Virus record (IMG/VR): IMGVR_UViG_3300035675_000020 | Location: 1 to 35,914 of that record | Origin: a virus | Taxonomy: Duplodnaviria > Caudoviricetes | Length of the DNA stretch: 35,914 nt | Direction: 5' to 3' (one strand) | In this document: positions 19,772 to 29,417 of the stretch, in pieces | Layout: each line of letters starts with the position of its first letter | Numbering within the stretch: the first letter of the stretch is position 1 | Program-made: the position numbers and the translations under genes | The notes under the pieces: model-generated | Database searches by the model: none | Seen by the model: the letters and a program-made list of their open reading frames with translations, nothing else | What the model was told of the DNA's origin: nothing

Positions 19772-19808
19772 CAGCTATTATTGATTAATTAAATTAATTA
19801 TATTATCT

Positions 19809-20084
19809 ATGAAGAATATCAAATTAGAAGAAGGCGAGATTAAGGAGTTGTCTTATCTCAACATAATGAGGGCTTGTATTAATGAGCCTGCTAGGGACGG
19901 GCTAAGTGTTGATGAAATGAGGAAGCGCATCAGAGTATTAGACAAGCTTACTGATGGGATTGTAGAGCTAGAACTAGAAGACGACGACTTTAATACTTTA
20001 AAAGATATAGTGAACAAGAAGAGATGGCCAATGCCTCACAAGAATATTATAGAGTTTGTTGATTATATTAATTCAATCAAGTAA
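19809..20084 (+). CDS. Hypothetical protein, possible fibre assembly chaperone
   Basis: Small helical protein downstream of the fibre; AT-rich leader. Confidence 0.6.
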   Translation: MKNIKLEEGEIKELSYLNIMRACINEPARDGLSVDEMRKRIRVLDKLTDGIVELELEDDDFNTLKDIVNKKRWPMPHKNIIEFVDYINSIK

Positions 20085-20088
20085 CACT

Positions 20089-20127
20089 ATGCCTTGCGGT
20101 AAAGGGAAGGGTAAAAAAAAGAAATAA
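20089..20127 (+). CDS. Putative 12-aa basic micropeptide MPCGKGKGKKKK
   Basis: ATG 4 nt after the previous stop; TAA at 20125-20127; fits the intergenic gap. Confidence 0.35.
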   Translation: MPCGKGKGKKKK

Positions 20128-20144
20128 ATTGAGTCACAACATAT

Positions 20145-20384
20145 ATGTCGAACTATAAGACGTATGATCCAACACGGGTCAAAAAGGTTCGCGCTACGAT
20201 ACGGCCTAAAATACTAACACCAAATGTAATCAAACCTGCGATGAACGCAATGCCGTCTTTGGGAATGCCGCAGAGTTTAAAGCCAGTAATTAGAGCAACA
20301 CCGGTTAGCACTGGTTCATATCCTATGGGTTTGCGAGAAAGGCTTGCTAAGAAGCCTAGATTGTCATCATTGCTACAGATTTAA
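20145..20384 (+). CDS. Small basic Pro-rich protein
   Basis: 79-aa ORF rich in K/R/P with almost no acidic residues. Confidence 0.6.
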   Translation: MSNYKTYDPTRVKKVRATIRPKILTPNVIKPAMNAMPSLGMPQSLKPVIRATPVSTGSYPMGLRERLAKKPRLSSLLQI

Positions 20385-20399
20385 ATTTGTGGGTACAAT
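20370..20399 (+). promoter_or_regulatory. Putative promoter for the tail adaptor genes
   Basis: TTGCTA-18 bp-TACAAT with TTAAATTT in the spacer; ATG at 20405. Confidence 0.45.
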
Positions 20400-20404
20400 T
20401 AAGT

Positions 20405-21073
20405 ATGGAATTTAGTGATATGCAGGCGACAGTCGCCGAACAATTGAACATGACAATTACAGATGATACCGGGACTATTACTCTGACATCGATTAAGCGC
20501 AACCTCAACAGGGCATACCGCAAGATAGTCAATAGGATAGTATCTCTGAATCAGAACTACTACGAAACAGATGCGGGGGCTAATCTGGTCGCTAACCAGT
20601 CCACATACACACTCCCTGATAACTTTGTAAAGATGAACAAGCTTATGCTTGGCTACTCATCTCCGGATATACTGTATCGTGCATGCGAAATAAATAGAAG
20701 CAGTATAGATACGTCGAGCTTATCGTTCTCGACCGCAGCCCCGGCGTTTACATTTTTAGACGGTGGTTTTCAGATATTTCCCACGCCCAGTACAGATATT
20801 ATTATGGGGATTCGCATGTGGTACGTTAAAGATATCGACGACATGTCTGCCGATGACGACGAACCTGAATTGCCAAAGAATTATCTCGACGTTCCAATAG
20901 AATACGCCACAGCAAAGGCAAAATTGCAGTTAGGACTAGTAGATGAAGCCAGCGTGCTCTTGCAGGAATTTAACAGTGAAGTGCAAAGCATGACTTATGA
21001 ACAGGTAACGAGATCGACCGATAGCCCTCAATTTGTTTTAGTAAGGGATAAGTATGGCGACGACTTGGACTGA
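20405..21073 (+). CDS. Head-tail adaptor / tail tubular protein A-like
   Basis: LNRAY, QSTYTLPDNF, QIFPTPS and EPELP..Y....IEYA motifs; ATG 20405 preferred. Confidence 0.75.
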   Translation: MEFSDMQATVAEQLNMTITDDTGTITLTSIKRNLNRAYRKIVNRIVSLNQNYYETDAGANLVANQSTYTLPDNFVKMNKLMLGYSSPDILYRACEINRSSIDTSSLSFSTAAPAFTFLDGGFQIFPTPSTDIIMGIRMWYVKDIDDMSADDDEPELPKNYLDVPIEYATAKAKLQLGLVDEASVLLQEFNSEVQSMTYEQVTRSTDSPQFVLVRDKYGDDLD

Positions 21074-21251
21074 GAACCCGATCACAGATACAACCTATTA
21101 TGATCTGCTTGAACTAGTAGAATACTTCTTGGTTAGTGAGCCGGATGTGTATATAGTATGGCAGGACGCGATTGATTCGTGCATTATTTATCAGAGCAAC
21201 ACGGGATTTGATCAGACCATATGGACTGAGATACCCTTAGAAAGCACATAA
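21054..21251 (+). CDS. Small acidic hypothetical virion protein
   Basis: MATTWTE...TIWTEIP; lies between adaptor and nozzle genes. Confidence 0.6.
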   Translation: MATTWTENPITDTTYYDLLELVEYFLVSEPDVYIVWQDAIDSCIIYQSNTGFDQTIWTEIPLEST

Positions 21252-21252
21252 C

Positions 21253-22692
21253 ATGAGAACCCAAAGAACTACAAGACTTACAGTGCCATTTGAGACCTTC
21301 GACGGTGGTATACAGGAATATACCTCTTTACTTGTCAATTCACAGAACGAAACCCCTTACGCGGTTAATGTTTACCCCTCTAAACCGGGTGTGTTGAGTA
21401 AATGTCTTGGTATGGCGGAATTAGGTAGCGTGGCTACTGCGGATAAGGTGAAAGGATTGGCTATCTATGAGAAAGAGGACGGGACAAGAGAGGTAGTAAA
21501 GGCCGTTACAACAACACTTAGTAGGTACTCGGGTGGCTCATGGTCAAGTTTGTACACATCGTTTACCAACAACTCGACGGATAAAATGGAAGCCGTGAAT
21601 GCGTATATTGACGATCAGCAGAGACTCTACATGGTTACGGGTCACAATGACAATCTAGCGTACTACAACGGATCGACTGTATCGGCCGTGACAGACGTCA
21701 AAGCCAAACATATAGCGTACTTTCTGAACAGAATATACATAGCAAACTGTAAATTAGGAGCAACAAGCTATCCTATACGTGTGCAGTGGGCACCTGAAGG
21801 CGCTGACACGTTTGATATTGTAAATGACTACTTTGATGATCTAGGAGAGCCCGTAACAGCGCTGAAGGTATATTCAAACAACCTGTTTGTGTTTGGAGAG
21901 AACTCTTTGGCTGCGTTCGATGGTTACGCCTTGCGATTTATACCCGGAAGACTAGGGACTACGAGCGCGAGAAGTGTTCAAGTGGTAAATGGGAAATTAG
22001 TCTGGTACAACCGGTTAGGAGTTTATGTGTTTAATGGCATAGCGCAACCACCAATACTGATTAGCAAGAAGATACAGGGTTGGATAGATGCCATAGCTGA
22101 TTCATCCGCGGTAGCATCGGGTATTGACACGTATGGAAGGTATTTCCTATACGTTGGAGACGTAACGTACGGCGGGACACTTCATAGCGACGTTGTGTTG
22201 GTATACGACGAAGGAATGAACTCATGGATAGTCGAGACCGGAAAGAACTGTGGTTGTTATGCTACGAGTGCTAGTGGCGGAGCTTTCACTATGTATGGTG
22301 GGAGTGTGGACAATGCGAAGGTATACACGATACACAGCGGGTATTCTAACGCAGGCAATGCTATTGCGAGTGAGTGGAGAACGCCCTGGATTGTTGTGGA
22401 TAGCCCGGAAGACATTAAGAATGCATACAACTTGTATTTATGCATAAAAGGCATGAATACTGCTGAATACTTGACGGTGCAATACCGTACCAACGGGAGC
22501 GCTACTTGGAGCAATATTGAGGGAACTACTAGCAATGTTTCATTATCAGGCACCAGCTTATTGAATACAGAGGAGTTATTGCTTCATAATTTGGCGTTCA
22601 AGAGTGTACAATTCCGCATTACGCATAGTTCGAGTGCAGCGGGGTTTGAAATGTATAAACTACAGATCGAAATGGATAAGTATGCGAACTAA
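21253..22692 (+). CDS. Tail nozzle / head-closure protein (P22 gp10 or tubular protein B-like beta-propeller)
   Basis: 479 aa beta-rich; HIAYFLNRIYIA, VTALKVYSNNLFVF and GTTSARSV. Confidence 0.72.
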   Translation: MRTQRTTRLTVPFETFDGGIQEYTSLLVNSQNETPYAVNVYPSKPGVLSKCLGMAELGSVATADKVKGLAIYEKEDGTREVVKAVTTTLSRYSGGSWSSLYTSFTNNSTDKMEAVNAYIDDQQRLYMVTGHNDNLAYYNGSTVSAVTDVKAKHIAYFLNRIYIANCKLGATSYPIRVQWAPEGADTFDIVNDYFDDLGEPVTALKVYSNNLFVFGENSLAAFDGYALRFIPGRLGTTSARSVQVVNGKLVWYNRLGVYVFNGIAQPPILISKKIQGWIDAIADSSAVASGIDTYGRYFLYVGDVTYGGTLHSDVVLVYDEGMNSWIVETGKNCGCYATSASGGAFTMYGGSVDNAKVYTIHSGYSNAGNAIASEWRTPWIVVDSPEDIKNAYNLYLCIKGMNTAEYLTVQYRTNGSATWSNIEGTTSNVSLSGTSLLNTEELLLHNLAFKSVQFRITHSSSAAGFEMYKLQIEMDKYAN

Positions 22693-22714
22693 GTTTATAG
22701 TTATAATGCTAATA

Positions 22715-23779
22715 ATGGTTGTTTCATTGTACGATAATCTAAACGAATATTTGAATCGTAGCCTTACAACAGAGCCTATGGATTCATCAGCTACGTACGG
22801 AAGCACCATTAACAACGCGGAAGCTGGCGGACTGGCTGGCAATCTTAAGGTAGGCGCGGGTGGGCAAATACTTACAGCTGGCGACGATTGGAACTACATA
22901 TCTTCTGCAAAGGTTGATTACTATTCCGCACATACTCTACTGGTTACTAATTTAGACGCCACCACTGTTTTACAGAAAGGCGACAAGGTTAAGATAGAGC
23001 AGGCATCTGCTACCAAGTACTTCACCGTGCAAAGCGTGACAGCAGATTATGTAGTGCTTAATGCGACTCCAACATATTCGTTAACGCCTGACGACATCAA
23101 CTTATTTGGATATTCGAGAGTGGTAAATCCTACGGGATGGACAGATGAGGAGGTGGCATGGAAGTATCTAACTCCTACGGCATTCACGTTCAGCAGCGCA
23201 ACGAGAATCAACATATCGTCTAGCCTGTTGTCATACACAACTTTTAATGTTGGTGACAAACTGGTGTTGCAGCAAGGTGGCGCAACAAAATACTTTTACG
23301 TGTATAACACAGGCTCGTCATACATAGACATTACAGCTGGTACAACCTATACGTACACAAGTGAAACAATTACATATATTGGATATTCACGACTTAGCCC
23401 CGCGCCCGGGCATCCGATAAAGTTCTCGTACACCCCAACGCTTGGCGCGACTTCGGGGTCTATTACGGGACAAGGTACGGTTACTGCGACATTTTCATTG
23501 GTAGGGGACACGTGTATTGTTGACATTTACCGTGCCAACGCCACGACCGGATCGGGAACCACTTCACTTTTCGAATCGATGCCGATTAACAAGACTGGCA
23601 GCACTGGATACACTATCGGATTTTTATTCTATATAGGGACGCCGACCTATGCTTCGCGCTGCTATATACCATCGGCTGCCCTGAATCGCATTGTTATTGA
23701 GAGTCTAAGTGGTGCAAGCGTAGGCGCCGCTACGGTGACCCACTCACTACATATTGAGTATCGGATCGCGCATAATTAG
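22715..23779 (+). CDS. Tail protein with a tandemly duplicated beta domain
   Basis: Two GDK..Q..ATKYF.V...Y...GYSR repeats; ATG 22715 avoids the overlap of the 22604 start. Confidence 0.7.
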   Translation: MVVSLYDNLNEYLNRSLTTEPMDSSATYGSTINNAEAGGLAGNLKVGAGGQILTAGDDWNYISSAKVDYYSAHTLLVTNLDATTVLQKGDKVKIEQASATKYFTVQSVTADYVVLNATPTYSLTPDDINLFGYSRVVNPTGWTDEEVAWKYLTPTAFTFSSATRINISSSLLSYTTFNVGDKLVLQQGGATKYFYVYNTGSSYIDITAGTTYTYTSETITYIGYSRLSPAPGHPIKFSYTPTLGATSGSITGQGTVTATFSLVGDTCIVDIYRANATTGSGTTSLFESMPINKTGSTGYTIGFLFYIGTPTYASRCYIPSAALNRIVIESLSGASVGAATVTHSLHIEYRIAHN

Positions 23780-23783
23780 CGTG

Positions 23784-23812
23784 TGGACATGAACTTAAAT
23801 TTGGGTTACGTT
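23784..23812 (+). promoter_or_regulatory. Putative promoter for the ejection-protein genes
   Basis: TGGACA-17 bp-TACGTT with TTAAATTT in the spacer; ATG 23820 lies 7 nt downstream. Confidence 0.4.
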
Positions 23813-23819
23813 ATAAGCA

Positions 23820-24359
23820 ATGGCAACAGCACAAGAACTGTCACAACAAATAGCGGATTCAATAGTGTCGCAAATTCCGATAAAGTCGGACTTTACGACA
23901 ATATTGCCGTGGGAAAACTACTGGGATCAAAACTTGGCAAACGCTTCTATAGCGCAACAAACAGACAAGTACTTCATGCCACAGATTGAAGAAGGCATAG
24001 GCGGTATTCGTACCGAGGCGGCGTCAAGAGGGTTGTTCCGCAGTGGTGTAAGAAAGAAGCAGGAAACAAAGTTTCTTGAGGACACAGCGGAAAGAGAGGC
24101 TTTAATGAAAGAACAGTTATTCGGGACTCGAGAAGCCGAGCAGATGGGGCGGTATGGATTAGAACAGGAGCGGTATGAAGCAAGCCCGATTAGTTACCAG
24201 GCACCAGCAGCAGAAACCTTGTCTAGTTTCTTATACGAAACACCGGCTACTCAGCAAGTACAGCAAAGTCAGTACGGCCTTGGTAGTTCTGAAGATGTTA
24301 GTAATAGGTTCGGTGATGCGTATAAGCAGTGGTATACACAGCGTTACGGCGCAAGATAA
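23820..24359 (+). CDS. Putative internal virion / DNA ejection protein
   Basis: Gln/Glu-rich helical, ASRGLFRSG motif; follows the tail genes. Confidence 0.6.
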   Translation: MATAQELSQQIADSIVSQIPIKSDFTTILPWENYWDQNLANASIAQQTDKYFMPQIEEGIGGIRTEAASRGLFRSGVRKKQETKFLEDTAEREALMKEQLFGTREAEQMGRYGLEQERYEASPISYQAPAAETLSSFLYETPATQQVQQSQYGLGSSEDVSNRFGDAYKQWYTQRYGAR

Positions 24360-24376
24360 TTTGATTAATTAAAAAT

Positions 24377-25171
24377 ATGGCATCCGCGTACGAGAAAGCA
24401 ATGCAAAAGTATCAAGACCTGATAGGTAATCAGGCGTCATTTTCGTCTACACTTGAAAAGTTGATTGGTGAAAAGACTAATTACAACGCAGACCTGATTA
24501 AACAACAGCAAGCACTGCAAGAACAGAATTACTCATTGCCGGCTCAATTGCGAGCTCAGTATGCGAGTTCTCCTATACGTAACCCATTAGAAATGGAGAA
24601 TTTGATTGCTCAGAGAAGGGCTAATGTAGGTCAACAGCTAGGAACGACTACTGGATTATTGAATGCAAGGGGACAGGGGTTGTCATCTTTGCTGAATCAG
24701 GGATTACAGGCGTACCAGGGGAACGTTAGCGCCGCACAAGCAGCTGCGGAATCAGCGCTACAACAGGAACAATTAGCAATGCAACGTGAAGCGCAGAAAG
24801 CTTCCGAAAGAGCTTCTAAGCAACAGGCTGCTTTGATGTCACAATACTACAACCAGGGGCAACCAGCGCCTCGTACAGGTATGGACATAGCGAATACAGT
24901 CATGGGTGATCTTTCTAACGCAGTAAAGCAGGCTGGTACGGCTGTGAGCTATGGCGATACATTAAAGAGTCAGAAGAAATCGGGGGCGGCTAAAACACTT
25001 GCCGGAATGACGGCGGGTAATTTGATGGCGCCGGGCATAGGTATGGCAATTTATCCCGCATCGCAGGCAATAACTAAGGGAATTTTAAGCACGAAATGGG
25101 GTCAGAACTTGGGCAATAAGCTTGCAAGTTCTAAAGCAGGACAGTGGCTTACGAGCAAGCTTTATAGATAA
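24377..25171 (+). CDS. Putative internal virion / DNA ejection protein
   Basis: Gln/Ala-rich coiled coil with a Gly-rich hydrophobic segment near the C-terminus. Confidence 0.6.
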   Translation: MASAYEKAMQKYQDLIGNQASFSSTLEKLIGEKTNYNADLIKQQQALQEQNYSLPAQLRAQYASSPIRNPLEMENLIAQRRANVGQQLGTTTGLLNARGQGLSSLLNQGLQAYQGNVSAAQAAAESALQQEQLAMQREAQKASERASKQQAALMSQYYNQGQPAPRTGMDIANTVMGDLSNAVKQAGTAVSYGDTLKSQKKSGAAKTLAGMTAGNLMAPGIGMAIYPASQAITKGILSTKWGQNLGNKLASSKAGQWLTSKLYR

Positions 25172-25189
25172 GGTATAATTAATAGCAAC

Positions 25190-27172
25190 ATGCCAACATT
25201 AACAGGACAAGCAGCAATAAAATTCTTACGAGAGCAAGCAGAGAATCCTACGGAGGCTTATCGTATTGAGTCCGGCGGCGATTATCTGGGAGTGCCTACT
25301 GGTACTCTCGTCGATCCACAGCAAAGTAAAGGAGGATTGTATGGTTATGCAAGAAACATTACTAACCCATTTAGGACATGGGCGGAAGCAAATCTTATGG
25401 GGTTATCGAGTTTTATCGACCCTACAGGTGCGTATACCCCAAGTTTATTGACTGCTACTGAGGCACAGAGACTAGCGAAGAATCCTGAAATGACCATCGC
25501 TAAGTCCGGCGCTGGCATTGCATCTTACTTAATACCAGGCGGCGGGGCTGGCAAAACATTTCTTGAGACAGTCGGTAAGGGTGCGTTATCGCAGGCTGCA
25601 TCCGGTGGCTTGCAGGCATTCGCTCAATCCGAGCAAGGGAGCGAAATAGAAGACACGTTAAAAGGCTTGGCGCTTGGCGGAACCATTGGTGCGGGAACAT
25701 CTGCAGCTGGGTATGGTCTATCAAAATTGATTGGTAAGCTAAAATCAGGGGCTGCAGGTACGGCAACAAAAAGTGCGGCTGGCATGGAAAAGATAGGAAG
25801 GTCTTCCGGAGTATGGGATGACGGTTTGACTACTGCTGAAAACATTAAACGTATACAATCACTCGACGACCTTGGAGTATTGAAGAGGAATCCCCGCAAA
25901 ACGCTCGACGCGCTTGGAGATTTGAAACCAGAAGCGTTGGCTGCTAAAGGGGACGCTCTGAGCAAGATTCCTACGCAAAGTGAGGATGATTTGATAAGCA
26001 TGTTGGCTAACACGGAAGATACACTTTTGAAGTCCGGCAAACCAAGTTCACTTAATAGTAGGGCTTGGCAAGACGTTCAGAATTCCATTACCAACACAGC
26101 CGGCGATCCACAGGCATTAGACGATCTAGCGATTGCCTGGCAAGACGCGGCCTACAAGGCTGGCAAAGTGGGTAAATCGACCGAACAACAGGTGTTCGCA
26201 GCGGGCGCCAAGAGCATTCGTGACAGTCTTAAGGCGCAATCGCCCGAATTACAAGGGGCTTTAGGAGAGTTGAGCGACGTGTTTAGCACATTAGAGAGAT
26301 CGCCTCTTACAAAGGAAGTGCAAAAGACAGGAAAACAAGGAATAACTTCAGCAGCGGCATTCGGCGTGAAGTTGCCGATTCCCGTTGAGGACATAAGCCG
26401 CGGCATACAGTACGGAGTAGGACGTGCGCAACAGAAACTCGCAGGCGGAATGTTACCATCTTTGAACGCTCAACAGATAGCGGGATTATCTCAGGGCATT
26501 CAACAAGCCGCACCTCAAATAGGAAAATACGGAACCATAGCGACTACGGCGGCTACCACCCCGCAGGCCATGACATCTGACGAGGCGACAAAGGCGCTAC
26601 AACAAACATTTGGAATCGGACAAGAGCAACCAGGGCAAGCGACAGGGGCAATGACAGCGCAAGACGTCATGGCTCAATTAAGGGCTCCATCTGAAACTAG
26701 GGCTGCTGAAAGACAACAGATGTATACCGAACTTATGATGCAAGGCTATTCACCAGCAGAAGCAAAGACTATAACCGACATGATGGCGCCTGAAATCAAG
26801 ACGCCAAAATTAGCGGCAGACCAGTATAAGGCTTTGAACGTGATTGACTTTGCTACTAAATTGGAAAATGCGATGGGCGCTGGCACCGATTGGAATATTG
26901 TGGGAAGTTTTGGGATTCCAATAGCGGAACAAAGTAAGGCAATAAGAGATACGCGGCGCGCATTAGCAGAATTTGTCGGAAGAATGGAGTCTGGCGGTGC
27001 TATAGGTGAGGACGAATTGAAAACATTCAGAAGGTTAGTCCCGACCGTTACTGATACGCCTAAAGATGCGGCAAGAAAGTTACAAGACATGCGTGGCGCT
27101 GCTATGAATATTGTGACTGCAGGTGGTGAAATGGGAACTGAAGAAGATTTAATTGAAACATTAGCGTACTAA
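25190..27172 (+). CDS. Putative large DNA ejection (pilot) protein
   Basis: 660 aa Ala/Gly-rich helical with glycine-zipper segments (GLALGGTIGAGTSAAGYGL); RMESGGAIGEDE. Confidence 0.65.
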   Translation: MPTLTGQAAIKFLREQAENPTEAYRIESGGDYLGVPTGTLVDPQQSKGGLYGYARNITNPFRTWAEANLMGLSSFIDPTGAYTPSLLTATEAQRLAKNPEMTIAKSGAGIASYLIPGGGAGKTFLETVGKGALSQAASGGLQAFAQSEQGSEIEDTLKGLALGGTIGAGTSAAGYGLSKLIGKLKSGAAGTATKSAAGMEKIGRSSGVWDDGLTTAENIKRIQSLDDLGVLKRNPRKTLDALGDLKPEALAAKGDALSKIPTQSEDDLISMLANTEDTLLKSGKPSSLNSRAWQDVQNSITNTAGDPQALDDLAIAWQDAAYKAGKVGKSTEQQVFAAGAKSIRDSLKAQSPELQGALGELSDVFSTLERSPLTKEVQKTGKQGITSAAAFGVKLPIPVEDISRGIQYGVGRAQQKLAGGMLPSLNAQQIAGLSQGIQQAAPQIGKYGTIATTAATTPQAMTSDEATKALQQTFGIGQEQPGQATGAMTAQDVMAQLRAPSETRAAERQQMYTELMMQGYSPAEAKTITDMMAPEIKTPKLAADQYKALNVIDFATKLENAMGAGTDWNIVGSFGIPIAEQSKAIRDTRRALAEFVGRMESGGAIGEDELKTFRRLVPTVTDTPKDAARKLQDMRGAAMNIVTAGGEMGTEEDLIETLAY

Positions 27173-27173
27173 T

Positions 27174-29414
27174 ATGGCACAAAAAAGAATTAGAGATTTA
27201 ACAAGTTTAACGAGTGCGGCAAGTGACGATCGAATGCCGATTGAAGACACTTCGGAAAGCACGGCGCCTACAAAGTATGCAACAGTAGCGACTGTACTGG
27301 CAACCTCTGTTCCAACCGTAGCCGGGAAAACCGTTCCGGCTGGTGATATTGTAGGCACTAGTGACACTCAGACTTTGACTAACAAGACTATTAATGCCGA
27401 TAATAATACTATTTCAGGGGTCATCACTCCTTCGTCGTCTGACATATTAACTAACAAAACTATTGATGCGGAACAAAACTATTTGAGCAACATTGGAAGT
27501 GCTGAAGTCAAAGCTGACATAGTCAGCGGTCTCACAGCAGAAGCGTCGCCTGTCTCGGGTGACTACGTTATGGGGTATGATGCTAGTACTGGTGCACTCA
27601 GAAAGTTTGACGTTGGTGATTTACCCACAGCTGGTTCAGGAGAGGCAAACGATGGTCTTAATGTAGGTACGGCTGGCGTTGGCGTATACAAAGGAAAGTC
27701 TGGTATCACCTTACAGTTCAAGAAGATCAATGCTGGTTCTAGTAACATTACCGTAACAGATGACACTGGCAATGACGAAGTAGATATCAATATTGGTTCC
27801 AATGTACTTACTAATTCGAGCACGCACACATTAACCAACAAGACCATTAACGGAGACAACAATACTATCAGTAATCTTGCACACGGCTCGGAAGTGGATA
27901 ATCCTGCGAATGGAGTACACGGGGTCACTGGATATGTAGTGGGTACTACCGATACTCAGACCTTGACCAACAAGACTATTAATGCCGCGAATAACACATT
28001 AGTCGGAATAATTACAGATACCTCGACAAGTACATTAACCAACAAGACAATCAATGCAGATAACAATACTATAAGCAATCTAGCGCACGGTGCTGAAGTG
28101 GATAGCCCATCAACAGGCGTTCATGGAGTTACTGGTAGTGTGGTCGGAACCGGAAGCACTCAGACCTTGACTAATAAAACCATTGATGCCGATAACAATA
28201 CGATTAGTAACTTGGCTCATGGCGCAGAAGTAGATAGCCCGGCAAGCGGGGTTCATGGCGTCGTAGGGAGTGTGGTGGGCACAAGCGATACTCAAACACT
28301 AACTAATAAGACGGTTGACGCGGATGATAACACGGTAACCAATATTGGGAGCTCTGAGATCACGGCGGATATAGTCACTGGATTAACTGAGAAGGCTTCA
28401 CCGGTATCAGGGGACTTGATATTAGGCTACGACGTAACCGGGACGGCTTTGGTCAAGATTAACGTTGGCAATCTTCCAACTGCAGGAGAAGGAGAGGCGA
28501 ATGACGGCCAAAACGTAGGTACTGCAGGCGTTGGTATTTACAAGGACAAGAGCGGTGTGACACTGAGATTCAAAAAGGTGAATGCCGGGTCGAGCAATAT
28601 TACTATTACAGATGATACCGGCAATGACGAGGTAGATATCGACATTGGAACTGGCGTTGCTACTTTAACAGGAACGCAAACATTGACTAACAAGACAATG
28701 GCGGCTGGTACTACGAACACATTCAGTGGGTTCCGGCATGGGTATGAGGTTGATGATGCTTCAAGTGGAGTTCATGGCGTGACTGGCAATGTAGTAGGCA
28801 CGTCTCAGTCTCAATCACTAACTAATAAAACGATCGATGCTGACAGTAACACTATTACCAACATAGGTAGTTCGGAGATATCTACAGAAGCGATAACGGG
28901 TCAAACAGAGCTTACAGAGCCTGTTGCTGCGGATTACGCGCTTGTGTACGATGCTAGTGCAACGGCTTTGCGTAAAGTGTCGCTTGGTAACATTGTTGGG
29001 ACTGGAATGGCAATAAATCCTGCACCAGCAGATCACGTGTACAGTGGCATTGTAGCTACGTACACAGCGGGTGAAACCATGGCGATTGGAGAGGTGGGAT
29101 ATCTTAAGTCAGACGGAAAGATTTGGAAAGCTAAGGGCGATGCGGTAGGAACAAGCGGCGGATGCTTACTGGTCATGGCAACAGCGGCTGTATCAGCTGC
29201 GGCAACTGGCACATTCTTGTTGTATGGATACTTCAGAGACGACTCTACGTTTGCAATGACGCCTTGTGTGGCTCAGTATATAAGTGCGGCAACAGCGGGG
29301 ACAATAACCGAAACGGCACCGTCAACAGCGGGACAAATGGTTAGGATAGTCGGTTACGCTCAAACAGCGGATATTATATGTTTTTGCCCGGATAATACTT
29401 GGATTGAAATCTAA
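27174..29414 (+). CDS. Fibre protein with LTNKT repeats
   Basis: 9 LTNKT motifs, 4 HG.EVD...GVHG units, a duplicated ~100-aa block and a C-terminal globular domain. Confidence 0.8.
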   Translation: MAQKRIRDLTSLTSAASDDRMPIEDTSESTAPTKYATVATVLATSVPTVAGKTVPAGDIVGTSDTQTLTNKTINADNNTISGVITPSSSDILTNKTIDAEQNYLSNIGSAEVKADIVSGLTAEASPVSGDYVMGYDASTGALRKFDVGDLPTAGSGEANDGLNVGTAGVGVYKGKSGITLQFKKINAGSSNITVTDDTGNDEVDINIGSNVLTNSSTHTLTNKTINGDNNTISNLAHGSEVDNPANGVHGVTGYVVGTTDTQTLTNKTINAANNTLVGIITDTSTSTLTNKTINADNNTISNLAHGAEVDSPSTGVHGVTGSVVGTGSTQTLTNKTIDADNNTISNLAHGAEVDSPASGVHGVVGSVVGTSDTQTLTNKTVDADDNTVTNIGSSEITADIVTGLTEKASPVSGDLILGYDVTGTALVKINVGNLPTAGEGEANDGQNVGTAGVGIYKDKSGVTLRFKKVNAGSSNITITDDTGNDEVDIDIGTGVATLTGTQTLTNKTMAAGTTNTFSGFRHGYEVDDASSGVHGVTGNVVGTSQSQSLTNKTIDADSNTITNIGSSEISTEAITGQTELTEPVAADYALVYDASATALRKVSLGNIVGTGMAINPAPADHVYSGIVATYTAGETMAIGEVGYLKSDGKIWKAKGDAVGTSGGCLLVMATAAVSAAATGTFLLYGYFRDDSTFAMTPCVAQYISAATAGTITETAPSTAGQMVRIVGYAQTADIICFCPDNTWIEI

Positions 29415-29417
29415 AAA

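Noticed and set aside
25190-27172. Tape measure protein
   Set aside because: No tail tube, sheath or chaperone genes are present; the adaptor, nozzle and three helical proteins fit podoviral ejection proteins better.
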